Of a DNA stretch of 64,000 bases, positions 9,017 to 18,231 are shown piece by piece. Origin of the DNA: an uncultured bacterium (lineage in GTDB: Bacteria; Actinomycetota; Thermoleophilia; Solirubrobacterales; 70-9); assembly GCA_963754045.1 (NCBI GenBank), contig CAVWEN010000002.1, positions 1,269,475 through 1,333,474 of the forward strand, given 5' to 3'. Both the position numbers and the translations under genes were made by a program. Numbering within the stretch: the stretch's first letter is position 1; every line of letters begins with the position of its first letter. A model generated the notes under the pieces. The model saw nothing but the letters and a program-made list of their open reading frames with translations, did no database searches and was not told where the DNA came from.

Positions 9017-9733
9017 ATGCCGCTAGCCATCTTCGGCATCGAGAACGACGGCGTCAACCTCGCCGTCAATCTCCTCATTCTTTTCCTGGTCGTCGTCTAT
9101 GTGGCGCTGATCGCGTACACGTACCTGGACGCCAAGCGCCGGCTGGAGGATCCGGTGCTCATCGGCTGCGCGACGGTCGCCTCACTGTTTCCCTACCTGG
9201 GGACGATGGTCTACACCATCCTCCGCCCACCGGAGTTCCTCGAAGACCAGCGCGAGCGCGAGCTCGAAATCCGCGCCTCAGAGCTGCAGGTCCGCCAACT
9301 CGAGGAGGCCTCGTGCCCGAACTGCGAGCATCCGGTGGAACGCACCTACCTGCGCTGCCCGAACTGCCGCGCCCGGATCAAGGATCCGTGCGAGTCGTGC
9401 GCGAAGCCAGTCGATCCACGCTGGAGCATCTGCCCCTACTGCGAGTCACCCACGCGCCGCGCGGCAGCTGAGCGCTCCTCCTCCTCCTCCTCCTCCTCCT
9501 CCTCCTCCTCCTCGAGCAAGCGGCCGCCACGAAGTTCTTCCTCGCGCAAGTCAGGCCGTGAGCGGCCGTCCCAGCGCACCGTCGAGTCGGCTGCGGCGAA
9601 GCCCAAGCCGCGTGCGAGCAAGCAGCGCCCATCGGCGCAGGCCCCGGCGCAGCCGCGTCGCGCTCGGGCAGACAAGCAGGTACGCGGCGAGCGTGGTGGC
9701 GACGACGGACCTCGCACCGCACCCGCCTCGTAG
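9017..9733 (+). CDS. membrane protein with a PLDc_N-like 2-TM N-terminus, a coiled coil, a double zinc ribbon and a disordered Ser/Arg/Lys tail
   Basis: YLDAKRR...FPYLGTMVYTILRP resembles PLD-nuclease N-terminal domains. CPNC...CPNC...CESC...CPYC form four CxxC pairs. There is a poly-Ser run. Confidence 0.75.
   Translation: MPLAIFGIENDGVNLAVNLLILFLVVVYVALIAYTYLDAKRRLEDPVLIGCATVASLFPYLGTMVYTILRPPEFLEDQRERELEIRASELQVRQLEEASCPNCEHPVERTYLRCPNCRARIKDPCESCAKPVDPRWSICPYCESPTRRAAAERSSSSSSSSSSSSSSKRPPRSSSSRKSGRERPSQRTVESAAAKPKPRASKQRPSAQAPAQPRRARADKQVRGERGGDDGPRTAPAS
9476..9511 (+). repeat. (TCC)12 trinucleotide microsatellite, encoding poly-Ser together with the following TCG AGC
   Basis: Read directly. 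Lies in frame inside CDS 9017..9733. Confidence 0.95.
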
Positions 9734-9790
9734 CTGCCGAGCGATCTCGCGCTGCCCCCACCAATCCACCCGACCCAAGGAGAGCCCCGC

Positions 9791-10198
9791 GTGTCCCGAA
9801 CCCTGATCCTTGTCAAGCCCGACGCCTTCAGTCGCGCCCTCACGGGCGACGTCCTCGCCCGCTTCGAGCGAAAGGGCCTGCGGCTCACCGCGCTGAAGCT
9901 GATCCAGGCCGATGAAGCCACCGCCAACGAGCACTACGCCGAGCACACCGAGAAGCCGTTCTTCGGTGAACTCGTCGAGTTCATCACCGGTGGTCCGTTG
10001 GTGGCGGCGGTGCTCGAAGGCCATGAGGCCGTCGCGGCCGCCCGCCAGCTGATCGGTGCAACGAACCCCGTCGAGGCGGCGCCGGGCTCGATTCGCGCCG
10101 ACTTCGGCCTCGAGGTCACGTTCAACCTGGTCCACGGCTCGGACTCCGACGAATCGGCCGAGCGGGAGATCGCGATCTGGTTTCCGGAGCTCGTCTGA
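9791..10198 (+). CDS. ndk: nucleoside-diphosphate kinase
   Basis: [20 protein letters not shown] (active-site His region), AAGGAGAG Shine-Dalgarno. Confidence 0.95.
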   Translation: MSRTLILVKPDAFSRALTGDVLARFERKGLRLTALKLIQADEATANEHYAEHTEKPFFGELVEFITGGPLVAAVLEGHEAVAAARQLIGATNPVEAAPGSIRADFGLEVTFNLVHGSDSDESAEREIAIWFPELV

Positions 10199-10212
10199 GC
10201 CCCGCTCCCCTG

Positions 10213-10794
10213 GTGCTCGCGTCGCGCTCGCCGCGGCGGCGCGAGATCCTCGGCTGGCTCGGGCTCGAGTTCGAGTCGGTCGACCCCGGCGTCGAGGAGC
10301 TCTCATCCGGGCTCGAACCGCGCGAACTCGTTGTGGAGAACGCGAGGCGCAAGGCCGCTGCCGGCGCCGCACTTGCGAACCCGGGCTCGCTCGTGCTCGG
10401 GGTGGATACGGACGTGTTCGTGGACGGGCGCGCGCTCGGCAAGCCCACCGACCGCGCCGGGGCCGAGCAACGCCTGCGCAAGCTCTCAGGTCGCGAGCAC
10501 GAAGTCCTGAGCGGGGTCTGTCTGGCGGGCCCGGGCGCCGCATCACAGCGGGTCGGCTGCGCCCGTTCGGTCGTTCGTTTCGAGTCGCTGGACGAGCGAC
10601 TCCTGCGTGCCTATCTGGACTCGGGAGAATGGGCCGGACGGGCTGGCGCTTACTCGATCCAGGGCATCGGATCGGCAATGGTCGCCGCTGTGGACGGCGA
10701 CTTCTCGAATGTCGTCGGATTGCCGATCCGCACTCTCCTCGAGCTCGAACCGGCCCTTTCCGGCGCTCTCGCAGGTGAAACGCCTCATCCCTAA
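10213..10794 (+). CDS. maf: Maf-like nucleoside triphosphate pyrophosphatase (septum formation protein)
   Basis: LASRSPRRREIL, GKP, AGAYSIQG and NVVGLP motifs typical of Maf. Confidence 0.9.
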   Translation: MLASRSPRRREILGWLGLEFESVDPGVEELSSGLEPRELVVENARRKAAAGAALANPGSLVLGVDTDVFVDGRALGKPTDRAGAEQRLRKLSGREHEVLSGVCLAGPGAASQRVGCARSVVRFESLDERLLRAYLDSGEWAGRAGAYSIQGIGSAMVAAVDGDFSNVVGLPIRTLLELEPALSGALAGETPHP

Positions 10795-10910
10795 AGCGAA
10801 GAAATAGGGTTAGGGTTTTTCACTAGTCTCGAGTACGCCTTGCGGCTTGGGTTTCCTTCGCTACCGTCTCGGGGGATGTCGTCCTCGATCAACGTCACGA
10901 TCCGGTAGCC

Positions 10911-11780
10911 GTGTATCGCAAGCAGGTACGCCGACGCCGGGCTGTCCTGGTCGCGTTGATGGTAATTTCGCTCCTCCTGATTTCGGCCCATTTCACTGAG
11001 GCGAGATCGGGCCCGCTGCATGCCATCCAGCGCGTCACCGCGACCGTGCTCTCGCCCCTGGAAGGGGTTGCGAGCGCCGCCCTGAAGCCGGGGCGCGATT
11101 TCGTGAACTGGTTTGACGAAACCTTTGACGCGCGGGGCGACGTCGACGAGCTCCGCACCGAAAACGAGGAGCTGCGCGCGCAGCTGGCCGAGGCACAGAC
11201 CGCGGTCGGCGAGAACGAGCAGTTCCGAGCGCTGCTCGACCTCGGCGAATCCGAGGCGCTCGCCGGCTACGCCTCCGTTACCGGCCGGGTGATCGCCCGC
11301 TCACCGTCGACGTGGTTTCAGACCGTGACTGTGAACGCCGGCTCCGGCGACGGCGTCGAGATCGATGACCCGGTTGTCGCGGGCGCCGGCCTGGTCGGCC
11401 GGATCACCGAGGTCACCTCCGGGACAGCGCAGGTCCAGCTCATCACCGACCATCGCAACGCCGTGTCGGCCCGGGTTCTGCCCGAGGGCCCACAGGGGAT
11501 CGTCGAACCGGTCGCGGGCGAGCCCGACGACCTCACCCTCGATTTCGTCGACAACGACCAGGAGATCGAGGAGGGGCAGATCCTCGTCACCGCCGGCTGG
11601 AACGACGGCCGCATCGCCTCGACCTACCCGTACGGCATCGAGATCGGCGAGGTCACCGAGACCACGCTCGGCGAGGAGGACTTTCAGCGCATCACCGTCG
11701 AGCCCTACGTGGACATGCGGGATCTGCAGTACGTCCAGATGCTGACCGGTGGCCCAGAACGGCCGGAGGTAACCGGGTGA
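10911..11780 (+). CDS. mreC: rod shape-determining protein MreC
   Basis: N-terminal TM segment, coiled coil (ENEELRAQLAEAQ), C-terminal beta domains (GLVGRITEV). Followed by mreD, PBP2 and rodA. Confidence 0.9.
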   Translation: MYRKQVRRRRAVLVALMVISLLLISAHFTEARSGPLHAIQRVTATVLSPLEGVASAALKPGRDFVNWFDETFDARGDVDELRTENEELRAQLAEAQTAVGENEQFRALLDLGESEALAGYASVTGRVIARSPSTWFQTVTVNAGSGDGVEIDDPVVAGAGLVGRITEVTSGTAQVQLITDHRNAVSARVLPEGPQGIVEPVAGEPDDLTLDFVDNDQEIEEGQILVTAGWNDGRIASTYPYGIEIGEVTETTLGEEDFQRITVEPYVDMRDLQYVQMLTGGPERPEVTG

Positions 11781-11832
11781 GCGACGCAGGTTGCGACACC
11801 ACGTTGCGCCCCCTGGTGGGCGAGGTTCAGAG

Positions 11833-12444
11833 GTGATCGTCACCTGGCAGATCGCCGCCAGGCTTGCCGTGATCGTTGTTGCAGGGGTGCTTGTCCAGAT
11901 TTCTTTCCTCTCGTACCTCTCAATCCTCGGCGCGACCCCGGAGCTGATGCCGGCCGTCGTCGCGGCGCTCGGGCTGCTCGGGGGCGCAGTTCCTGGGGCG
12001 GTACTCGGCTTCATCGCGGGTCTGCTGCTCGACTCGGCCCTGCTGCAGACGCTCGGGGTCAGCTCACTCGTGCTGCTGTCGGTCGGCTACCTGGCCGGGC
12101 GCTACCGCGAGCTGTTCGAGATCGACTCCAATCGCGCCCCCGTTCTGCTCGCCGCGGGGCTCACGTTGTTCGCGGCAGCGGCCTTTGCGGCGCTACAGCT
12201 GATGCTCGGCGTCGAAACGGCAGTGAGCCTGCTCGCGGTCCGCGAGATCATCGTCAAGGGTTTGTTGGCACTAGTGCTCGCGATCCCGGTGTACCCGCTC
12301 GTCCGTTTCGCCCTGCGACCCGCGCTGGTCGACTATGAGAGCTCCAAGCGCAGGCGCTGGCTCCCCCGGCGCACCAAAAGTAAGCGTTCCGAGCGCCGCC
12401 CGCGGGTGACCGAGCCGGTTGAGCTGGCCGGGGACCGCCCATGA
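11833..12444 (+). CDS. mreD: rod shape-determining protein MreD (polytopic membrane protein)
   Basis: Position between mreC and PBP2, with multiple TM helices. GTG at 11833 is preceded by GAGG. An alternative TTG at 11791 is possible. Confidence 0.7.
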   Translation: MIVTWQIAARLAVIVVAGVLVQISFLSYLSILGATPELMPAVVAALGLLGGAVPGAVLGFIAGLLLDSALLQTLGVSSLVLLSVGYLAGRYRELFEIDSNRAPVLLAAGLTLFAAAAFAALQLMLGVETAVSLLAVREIIVKGLLALVLAIPVYPLVRFALRPALVDYESSKRRRWLPRRTKSKRSERRPRVTEPVELAGDRP

Positions 12445-14363
12445 CCTTCAACCAGGGACAGTGGAACAGCGACCGGACAACGCCGAGGCAGTTCACCGGT
12501 CGCGTGGCCGTGCTTGGCGCAGTCGCCCTGCTTGCCTTCACCGCGATCTTCTTTCGGCTCTGGTATCTGCAGGTGCTTTCGGGCGACAGCTACCTCGCCG
12601 AGGCCGAGAACAATCGCGTCCGTGAGGTCACGGTGGCCGCCCCCCGTGGCGAGATCCGCGACCGCAACGGCAAGGTGCTGGTCGGCAATCGCGAGGCGCT
12701 GGCACTGCAGCTACGGGTGGATGAGCTGCCGGGGACGGCTGCGCGCAAGGCGGACTTGATCAGTCGCCTTTCCGGGGTGGCGGACATCCGCGGCACCAAA
12801 ATCCGCAAGGAGATCAAGGAACAGACCGAGGAGCTTCCGGGGAGCCCGGTCACGCTGCGCCGTGACGTCCCGATCGAGCTTGTCTACTACCTGCGCGAGA
12901 ACCAGCAGCGCTTCCCCGGCGTCTCGGTCGACCGGGTCTTCGTGCGCCGCTACCCGCAAGGCTCGCTGGCGGCGCACACCTTCGGCTATGTACGCGAGAT
13001 CGGGCCTGAGCAGCTGGCCGAGCCCACCTACGAGGGCCTAATCCCGGGCGATGAGATCGGTCGCGACGGGGTGGAACTCGCCTACGACCAAGTCCTCCGC
13101 GGGCTCAGCGGCACCTCCCGGGTCCAGGTGGACGCCGCGGGGATGCCGAGCGGGCGCGAGACCGCCGTGCGCGAGCCCGAGCCGGGTAATGACCTCCTGC
13201 TCACGATCGACGCAGGCCTGCAGGAGGTGGGCGAGAGCGCCCTTGGCTCGCTCTCGCTCCCCGGCGCATTCGTTGCCATGGACGCGCGGAACGGCGAAAT
13301 CCTGGGGATGGGGTCGAGCCCCACGTTCGACCCATCGCTGCTGGCGAAGCCCGAGATCTCACAGGCGACGTCCGAGACGATCTTCGGAGACCCCGACGAC
13401 GCCACGTCCACGGGCGCGCCGGCGTTCAACCGCGCGATCGCCGGCGCCTACCCCACCGGATCCACCTTCAAGCCCTTCACCGCGCTGGCGGCCCTCGACG
13501 CGGGCTACCTCGACACCGGCGAGACCATCGTGGACGACGGGCTCTACGAGGTCGGCGACCAGGAGTTCCGCAATGCGCAGGACGCGGTGTTCGGTCCGCT
13601 CCAGCTACGCGAGGCGCTGAAGGTGTCCTCCGACGTCTTCTTCTACACGCTCGGCGCTCGGGCCGAGGACGACGGCAGCGAATCGATTCAGAAGTGGGCC
13701 AAGCAGCTCGGCCTGGGGTCGGAGACCGGGATCGACATCCCGGGCGAGGCGCCCGGCCTGGTTCCGACGCCAGATTGGCGCAACGACCTCTACCGGCAGG
13801 GCCTGACCGACCGGCCCTGGTCCGTGGGCGACTCGATCAACCTTTCGGTCGGCCAGGGCGACGTTCAGGCGGATCCGCTGCAAATGGCGACGGCGTACGC
13901 GGCGATCGGCAACGGTGGCACCGTCGTGACCCCGCATGTCGCCCTGCGAGCCGAGGATCCAGCCGGAGATGTCGTGCAGCAGGTTTCGCCGTCGCCCAAG
14001 CGCGAGGTCGCGATCGAGCCCGCGTGGCGCTCGGCGATCATGGACGGCCTGCGCGACTCGTCCATGGAGCCGGGCGGCACCTCCTACCCGATCTTCGGGG
14101 GCTTTCCGTTCGATGTCGCGGGCAAGACCGGCACCGCCGAGCGGCCCCCGAACGGTGACCAGTCGTGGTTTGTCGCGATGGCCCCGGCGGACGATCCGGA
14201 GATCGTGGTTGCCGTGACGGTCGAGCAGGGCGGCTTCGGCGCCGACTCAGCGGCGCCTGTCGCGGCGCAGATCCTGACCGAGCATTTTGCGGTCGAACCC
14301 GACCAAATCGACGACGTAGCAGCGGAAACGGCCTCCTCGGACGGTACGGTTGTATACGAGTGA
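12441..14363 (+). CDS. mrdA: penicillin-binding protein 2 (elongasome transpeptidase)
   Basis: ATGA overlap with mreD. STFKP, SSD(V) and KTGTA motifs. Confidence 0.93.
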   Translation: MTFNQGQWNSDRTTPRQFTGRVAVLGAVALLAFTAIFFRLWYLQVLSGDSYLAEAENNRVREVTVAAPRGEIRDRNGKVLVGNREALALQLRVDELPGTAARKADLISRLSGVADIRGTKIRKEIKEQTEELPGSPVTLRRDVPIELVYYLRENQQRFPGVSVDRVFVRRYPQGSLAAHTFGYVREIGPEQLAEPTYEGLIPGDEIGRDGVELAYDQVLRGLSGTSRVQVDAAGMPSGRETAVREPEPGNDLLLTIDAGLQEVGESALGSLSLPGAFVAMDARNGEILGMGSSPTFDPSLLAKPEISQATSETIFGDPDDATSTGAPAFNRAIAGAYPTGSTFKPFTALAALDAGYLDTGETIVDDGLYEVGDQEFRNAQDAVFGPLQLREALKVSSDVFFYTLGARAEDDGSESIQKWAKQLGLGSETGIDIPGEAPGLVPTPDWRNDLYRQGLTDRPWSVGDSINLSVGQGDVQADPLQMATAYAAIGNGGTVVTPHVALRAEDPAGDVVQQVSPSPKREVAIEPAWRSAIMDGLRDSSMEPGGTSYPIFGGFPFDVAGKTGTAERPPNGDQSWFVAMAPADDPEIVVAVTVEQGGFGADSAAPVAAQILTEHFAVEPDQIDDVAAETASSDGTVVYE

Positions 14364-14373
14364 GGCTTCCTAG

Positions 14374-15597
14374 ATGGCTGTTGTAAGCGGTCCAAGGCCC
14401 CGTGCCAGAGCAACCGTGCGGCCTCGGCCCTTTGCCGAGCCGCGCGACAGCCTGCTCGAGCGCGCCGGGGTTCTGAGGTTGGATTTCGCCCTGCTGGGGG
14501 CCGCGATCGGGCTGATCGCGTTCTCGATCTACACGCTCGGCCAAACGACCGCCGAGGACATCCCCGGCGATCCCCATTACTACGTAATCCGGCAGTCGAT
14601 TTACGCGATCGCGGGCATCGCCTTGATGCTCGCCGTGGCCCGAATCGACTACTCGCGATTCCGCGAGCTGCGCGTCGGCATCTTCTCGGCGATGGTCGCT
14701 TCGGTGATCCTCGTCCTGATGCTCGGCGCAGCAACCCGCGGCTCGCGGCGCTGGATCGAGACACCGTTCTTTACGTTCCAGCCTTCAGAGCTGGGGAAGG
14801 TCCTGCTGATCCTCGTCCTTGCGGCGGTCGTGATCGACCGCTTGCACGGGACGTCGGAGACGCGCCGGACTTCGCGCGTATTGCTGCTGGGAGCGATCCC
14901 GGCAGGCCTGGTTTTCATCCAGCCCGACCTCGGCACCTCGTTGGTGTACGGGGTCGTAACACTCGCGGTCCTCTACATCGCCGGAACGAGCTGGCAGCAC
15001 TTCGCTGTGCTCGGCGCGCTCGGCGCGATGGCCGTGACCGTGGTCCTCGTAATCGCTCCGGCGATCGGAACGCCGCTCCTGCAGCCGTACCAGCAGGAGC
15101 GCCTGACCGCATTCCTTAGCCCTAGCGAGGACCCGGCTGACACGAGTTATCAGATCAATCAGTCGTTGATCAGCGTCGGCGCCGGTGGTAAAACCGGCCG
15201 TGGCGACGAATCAACGCAGACGCGGGAAGGCTTCCTGCCTGAACGCCACACCGACTTCATTTTTGCGGTGGTTGGCGAGCGGTACGGGTTTGTTGGATCC
15301 GCGTTTGTCCTATCCCTTTTCGCCCTGCTGATCTGGCGGGCGCTGCGAATAATGACGCTCTCGAAGAACTTGTACGGAGCCATCATCGCCGGCTCGATTG
15401 CCGCGATGCTGATCTTCCAGGTCTTCATCAACGTGGGTATGAACATCGGGATCGCACCCATCACGGGAATCCCGTTGCCACTGATGAGTTCCGGAGGCTC
15501 CTCCGTGATCGTCACGTTCCTCGCACTCGGATTGCTTCAAAGCATCTATGTGCAATCGCAGCTCGCATCAGGTCGCAGGGAGAACCTGCACACCTGA
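14374..15597 (+). CDS. rodA: SEDS-family peptidoglycan polymerase RodA
   Basis: FtsW/RodA/SpoVE-type polytopic protein (QPSELGK, HTDFIFA, PLPLMSSGGSS), directly after PBP2. Confidence 0.93.
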   Translation: MAVVSGPRPRARATVRPRPFAEPRDSLLERAGVLRLDFALLGAAIGLIAFSIYTLGQTTAEDIPGDPHYYVIRQSIYAIAGIALMLAVARIDYSRFRELRVGIFSAMVASVILVLMLGAATRGSRRWIETPFFTFQPSELGKVLLILVLAAVVIDRLHGTSETRRTSRVLLLGAIPAGLVFIQPDLGTSLVYGVVTLAVLYIAGTSWQHFAVLGALGAMAVTVVLVIAPAIGTPLLQPYQQERLTAFLSPSEDPADTSYQINQSLISVGAGGKTGRGDESTQTREGFLPERHTDFIFAVVGERYGFVGSAFVLSLFALLIWRALRIMTLSKNLYGAIIAGSIAAMLIFQVFINVGMNIGIAPITGIPLPLMSSGGSSVIVTFLALGLLQSIYVQSQLASGRRENLHT

Positions 15598-15610
15598 GGT
15601 GAGTTAGCAC

Positions 15611-17458
15611 TTGAAGAAAAGAATTCTCGTATCCGTCGACGCCGGCGAGACCCGCGTCGCCGTGTTCGAACGAAAGGGCAACGCTAAGCCCAAGGTCGCG
15701 GAGCTCTACGTGGAGCGCCGCGGCTCGCGATCAATCGTCGGGAACATCTACAAGGGCGTCGTCGACAACGTTCTGCCCGGGCTTGAGGCCGCGTTCGTGG
15801 ATATCGGCCTCGAGCGCAACGGCTTCCTGCACGTGGACGAGATCGTCCTGCCGGGAGGAGAGAAGGTGCCGCGCCGCGGCCACGGCAAGGGCCGCTCGAT
15901 CGCCGAGCTGATCAAGCCCAAACAGGAGGTTCTGGTCCAGGTGGTCAAGGATCCCCTGAAGACGAAGGGCGCGAGGCTCTCGATGCAGCTCTCGATCGCC
16001 GGGCGCTATCTGGTCTACATGCCGCAGGGCGCTGGGGTCGGCGCTAGCCGACGCCTGCCCGACGCCGAGCGCGACAGGCTGCGAAAGCTGCTCCAAAAGC
16101 TTCACAAGGGTGACGGCGGGGTGATCGTCCGGACCGCCGCGCAGGGAGCTGAGAGCGAGGACTTCGAGCGCGACATCGAGTACCTGCGCCGCCTGCATCA
16201 GGTGGTGGACCGCCGCGGCGAGGACGTGAAGGCCCCGGACCTCGTCTTCCAGGAGGCTGACCTCTCGATCCGGGTCCTGCGCGACGTGCTTTCGAAGGAA
16301 TTCGACGGCGCGGTCATCGACGACCCCAAGCAGCTCGAGCGGGTCACCAGCTTCTTTGGGCGGACGGCGCCCGAGCTGAACGAGCAAGTCGAGCTGTACG
16401 AGGGCTCCGAGCCGCTGTTTGAGAAGGAGGGCGCCGCCGACGCAATTCGCTCGACGCTCTCACGCCGGGTCGACCTGCCCTCGGGCGGATACCTGATGAT
16501 CGACTACGCAGAGGCGCTGACGGTGGTGGACATCAACACCGGCAGCTTCACCGGCCGCGGCAAGGGCCGGCTCGAGGACACGATCACGAAGGTCAACATC
16601 GAGGCCGCCGAGGAGGTGGTGCGCCAGCTGAGGCTGCGCGACATCGGCGGCATCATCGTCGTCGACTTCATCGACATGGCACGGGCTCGCAACCGCGATC
16701 AGGTCCTGAAGACGATGCGCAAGGCGCTCGACGAGGACAAGACGAAGACCTACGTGGTGGAGATCTCACCGCTGGGACTTGTCGAGATGACCCGTCAGAA
16801 CGTCACCGACGGCGTGCGCGAGATCCTCACCCGAACCTGTCCGACGTGTGAGGGCGAGGGCGTTGTGCTCTCCGAGGAGACGGTCGCGATCGACGTCATT
16901 CGCAAGCTTCGCGAGCTGGTGGCAGACGAGCCCGAGCCGGAGGCGTTCTTGATCCGGGTCAATCCGAAGGTCGCCGCGAAGTTGCTCGAGTCCGAAAGCG
17001 GGCTGGAGGAGCTCGAAGGGGACACAGGCAAGCATTTCCACTTCGAAGGCGGTGACGCCCTCCCGATCGCCACCTACGACGTGGCCGACAAGGGCACGCG
17101 CGATGACATCGAACAGCGTGCGCTGCCGTTCGCGGTCGGCGACGAGGTCCTCGTAGCGATCGAGGAGCCCCACATGTACAACGCCGACGATGCGGTGGCG
17201 CGGCTCGACTCGTACATCGTCTCGGTCGCCGGTGGCGGCCGATTCGTGGGTGAGCGGCGGCTCGTCCGCATCGAGGAGGTCGCTCGCTCGGCGGCCACGG
17301 CGTCGCTCGTGGACAACGGTGACGGGGGCGATCCGGACGAAGACGAGCAGCTAGAATCCTCCGCCTCCGGCAGGCGCCGCAGAGGCCGCAGAGGCGGCCG
17401 TGGGCGCTCGCGCTCAGGCGCGGAAGAGCCGGCGACGACGACCGATTCACCCGAATGA
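15611..17458 (+). CDS. rne: ribonuclease E/G family endoribonuclease with an Arg-rich C-terminal tail
   Basis: S1 domain (GNIYKGVVDNVLPGLEAAFVDIG), catalytic core (VVDINTGSF, IIVVDFIDM), CPTCEG zinc-link. rne-rplU-rpmA-obg synteny. Confidence 0.92.
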   Translation: MKKRILVSVDAGETRVAVFERKGNAKPKVAELYVERRGSRSIVGNIYKGVVDNVLPGLEAAFVDIGLERNGFLHVDEIVLPGGEKVPRRGHGKGRSIAELIKPKQEVLVQVVKDPLKTKGARLSMQLSIAGRYLVYMPQGAGVGASRRLPDAERDRLRKLLQKLHKGDGGVIVRTAAQGAESEDFERDIEYLRRLHQVVDRRGEDVKAPDLVFQEADLSIRVLRDVLSKEFDGAVIDDPKQLERVTSFFGRTAPELNEQVELYEGSEPLFEKEGAADAIRSTLSRRVDLPSGGYLMIDYAEALTVVDINTGSFTGRGKGRLEDTITKVNIEAAEEVVRQLRLRDIGGIIVVDFIDMARARNRDQVLKTMRKALDEDKTKTYVVEISPLGLVEMTRQNVTDGVREILTRTCPTCEGEGVVLSEETVAIDVIRKLRELVADEPEPEAFLIRVNPKVAAKLLESESGLEELEGDTGKHFHFEGGDALPIATYDVADKGTRDDIEQRALPFAVGDEVLVAIEEPHMYNADDAVARLDSYIVSVAGGGRFVGERRLVRIEEVARSAATASLVDNGDGGDPDEDEQLESSASGRRRRGRRGGRGRSRSGAEEPATTTDSPE

Positions 17459-17949
17459 CAGATACCTACGCGATCATCGAGACCGGCGGCAAGCAGTACC
17501 GCGCTGAGAAGGGCGCGGTAATCACCGTCGATCGCCTGCATGCGGGCGAGGGCGACAGGGTGACGCTCCGTCCCGTGATGTTCCGCGGCGACGGCGAGAT
17601 CGTGGCGGCGGGCGCCGACCTTGAGAAGGTCAAGGTCGAGGCGGTCGTCTCCGAGCATTTCCGCGGTGAGAAGATCAGGGTCTTCCGCTACAAGGCCAAG
17701 AAGGGTGTCCGCAAGCGTCGCGGTCATCGCTCCGAGCTGACCAAGCTCGAGGTGACGGACGTGAAGCTGCTGACTCGCAAGCCGGCCGCCAAGAAGGCCG
17801 ACACCGAGGCGAAGGCGACGGCCGAAAAGACGCCTGCCGCAAAGCCGGCCGAGAAGAAGCCGGCCGCGAAGAAGCCCGCCGCGAAGAAGCCTGCCGCGAA
17901 GAAGCCTGCACCGAAGAAGCCTGCACCGAAGAAGGACGAGGAGGCCTAG
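17455..17949 (+). CDS. rplU: 50S ribosomal protein L21 with a Lys/Pro/Ala-rich C-terminal extension
   Basis: [12 protein letters not shown]... core. ATGA overlap with rne. Confidence 0.95.
   Translation: MTDTYAIIETGGKQYRAEKGAVITVDRLHAGEGDRVTLRPVMFRGDGEIVAAGADLEKVKVEAVVSEHFRGEKIRVFRYKAKKGVRKRRGHRSELTKLEVTDVKLLTRKPAAKKADTEAKATAEKTPAAKPAEKKPAAKKPAAKKPAAKKPAPKKPAPKKDEEA
17854..17928 (+). repeat. 15-bp in-frame tandem repeat x5 encoding KKPA(A/P) in the rplU 3' end
   Basis: AAGAAGCC(G/C/T)GC(C/A)(G/C)CG units read directly. Confidence 0.9.
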
Positions 17950-17951
17950 CC

Positions 17952-18209
17952 ATGGCGCATAAGAAGGGACTCGGCTCGAGCCGCAACGGACGCGACTCGA
18001 ATCCGAAGATGCTTGGCGTAAAGATCTTCGCCGGCCAGCAGGTCAACGGCGGCGAGATCCTCGTCCGCCAGCGCGGCACCCGCTTTCGCCCCGGGCCCGG
18101 GGCCGGCATCGGTCGTGACCACACCATCTTCGCCACACGCGCCGGCGTCGTCGAGTTCGACCAAGGCCACAGGGGCCGGACGATCTCGGTCGCCGAAGCG
18201 GGCGAGTAG
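17952..18209 (+). CDS. rpmA: 50S ribosomal protein L27
   Basis: [19 protein letters not shown]... is a canonical L27 N-terminus. Confidence 0.97.
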   Translation: MAHKKGLGSSRNGRDSNPKMLGVKIFAGQQVNGGEILVRQRGTRFRPGPGAGIGRDHTIFATRAGVVEFDQGHRGRTISVAEAGE

Positions 18210-18219
18210 GGCGCGCGGA

Positions 18220-18225
18220 TAGCCT
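18220..18225 (+). promoter_or_regulatory. -10-like hexamer TAGCCT, 6 nt before the GTG of the ECF sigma gene (leaderless geometry)
   Basis: TANNNT read directly. Confidence 0.3.
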
Positions 18226-18231
18226 CCGGGG

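Noticed and set aside
10805-10833. A telomere-like TAGGGTTAGGGTT followed by adjacent SpeI (ACTAGT) and XhoI (CTCGAG) sites. I considered a G-quadruplex or an engineered cloning scar.
   Set aside because: There are only two G-runs, which is not enough for a quadruplex. There are no vector-like sequences, selection markers or other restriction-site clusters around it. A chance occurrence in an AT-rich spacer is the most likely explanation.
15604-15611. TTAGCACT, the left half of the CIRCE (HrcA operator) consensus, at the rne start codon.
   Set aside because: There is no GAGTGCTAA right half 9 nt downstream, so it is an isolated half-site. I also found no CIRCE upstream of hrcA-dnaJ.
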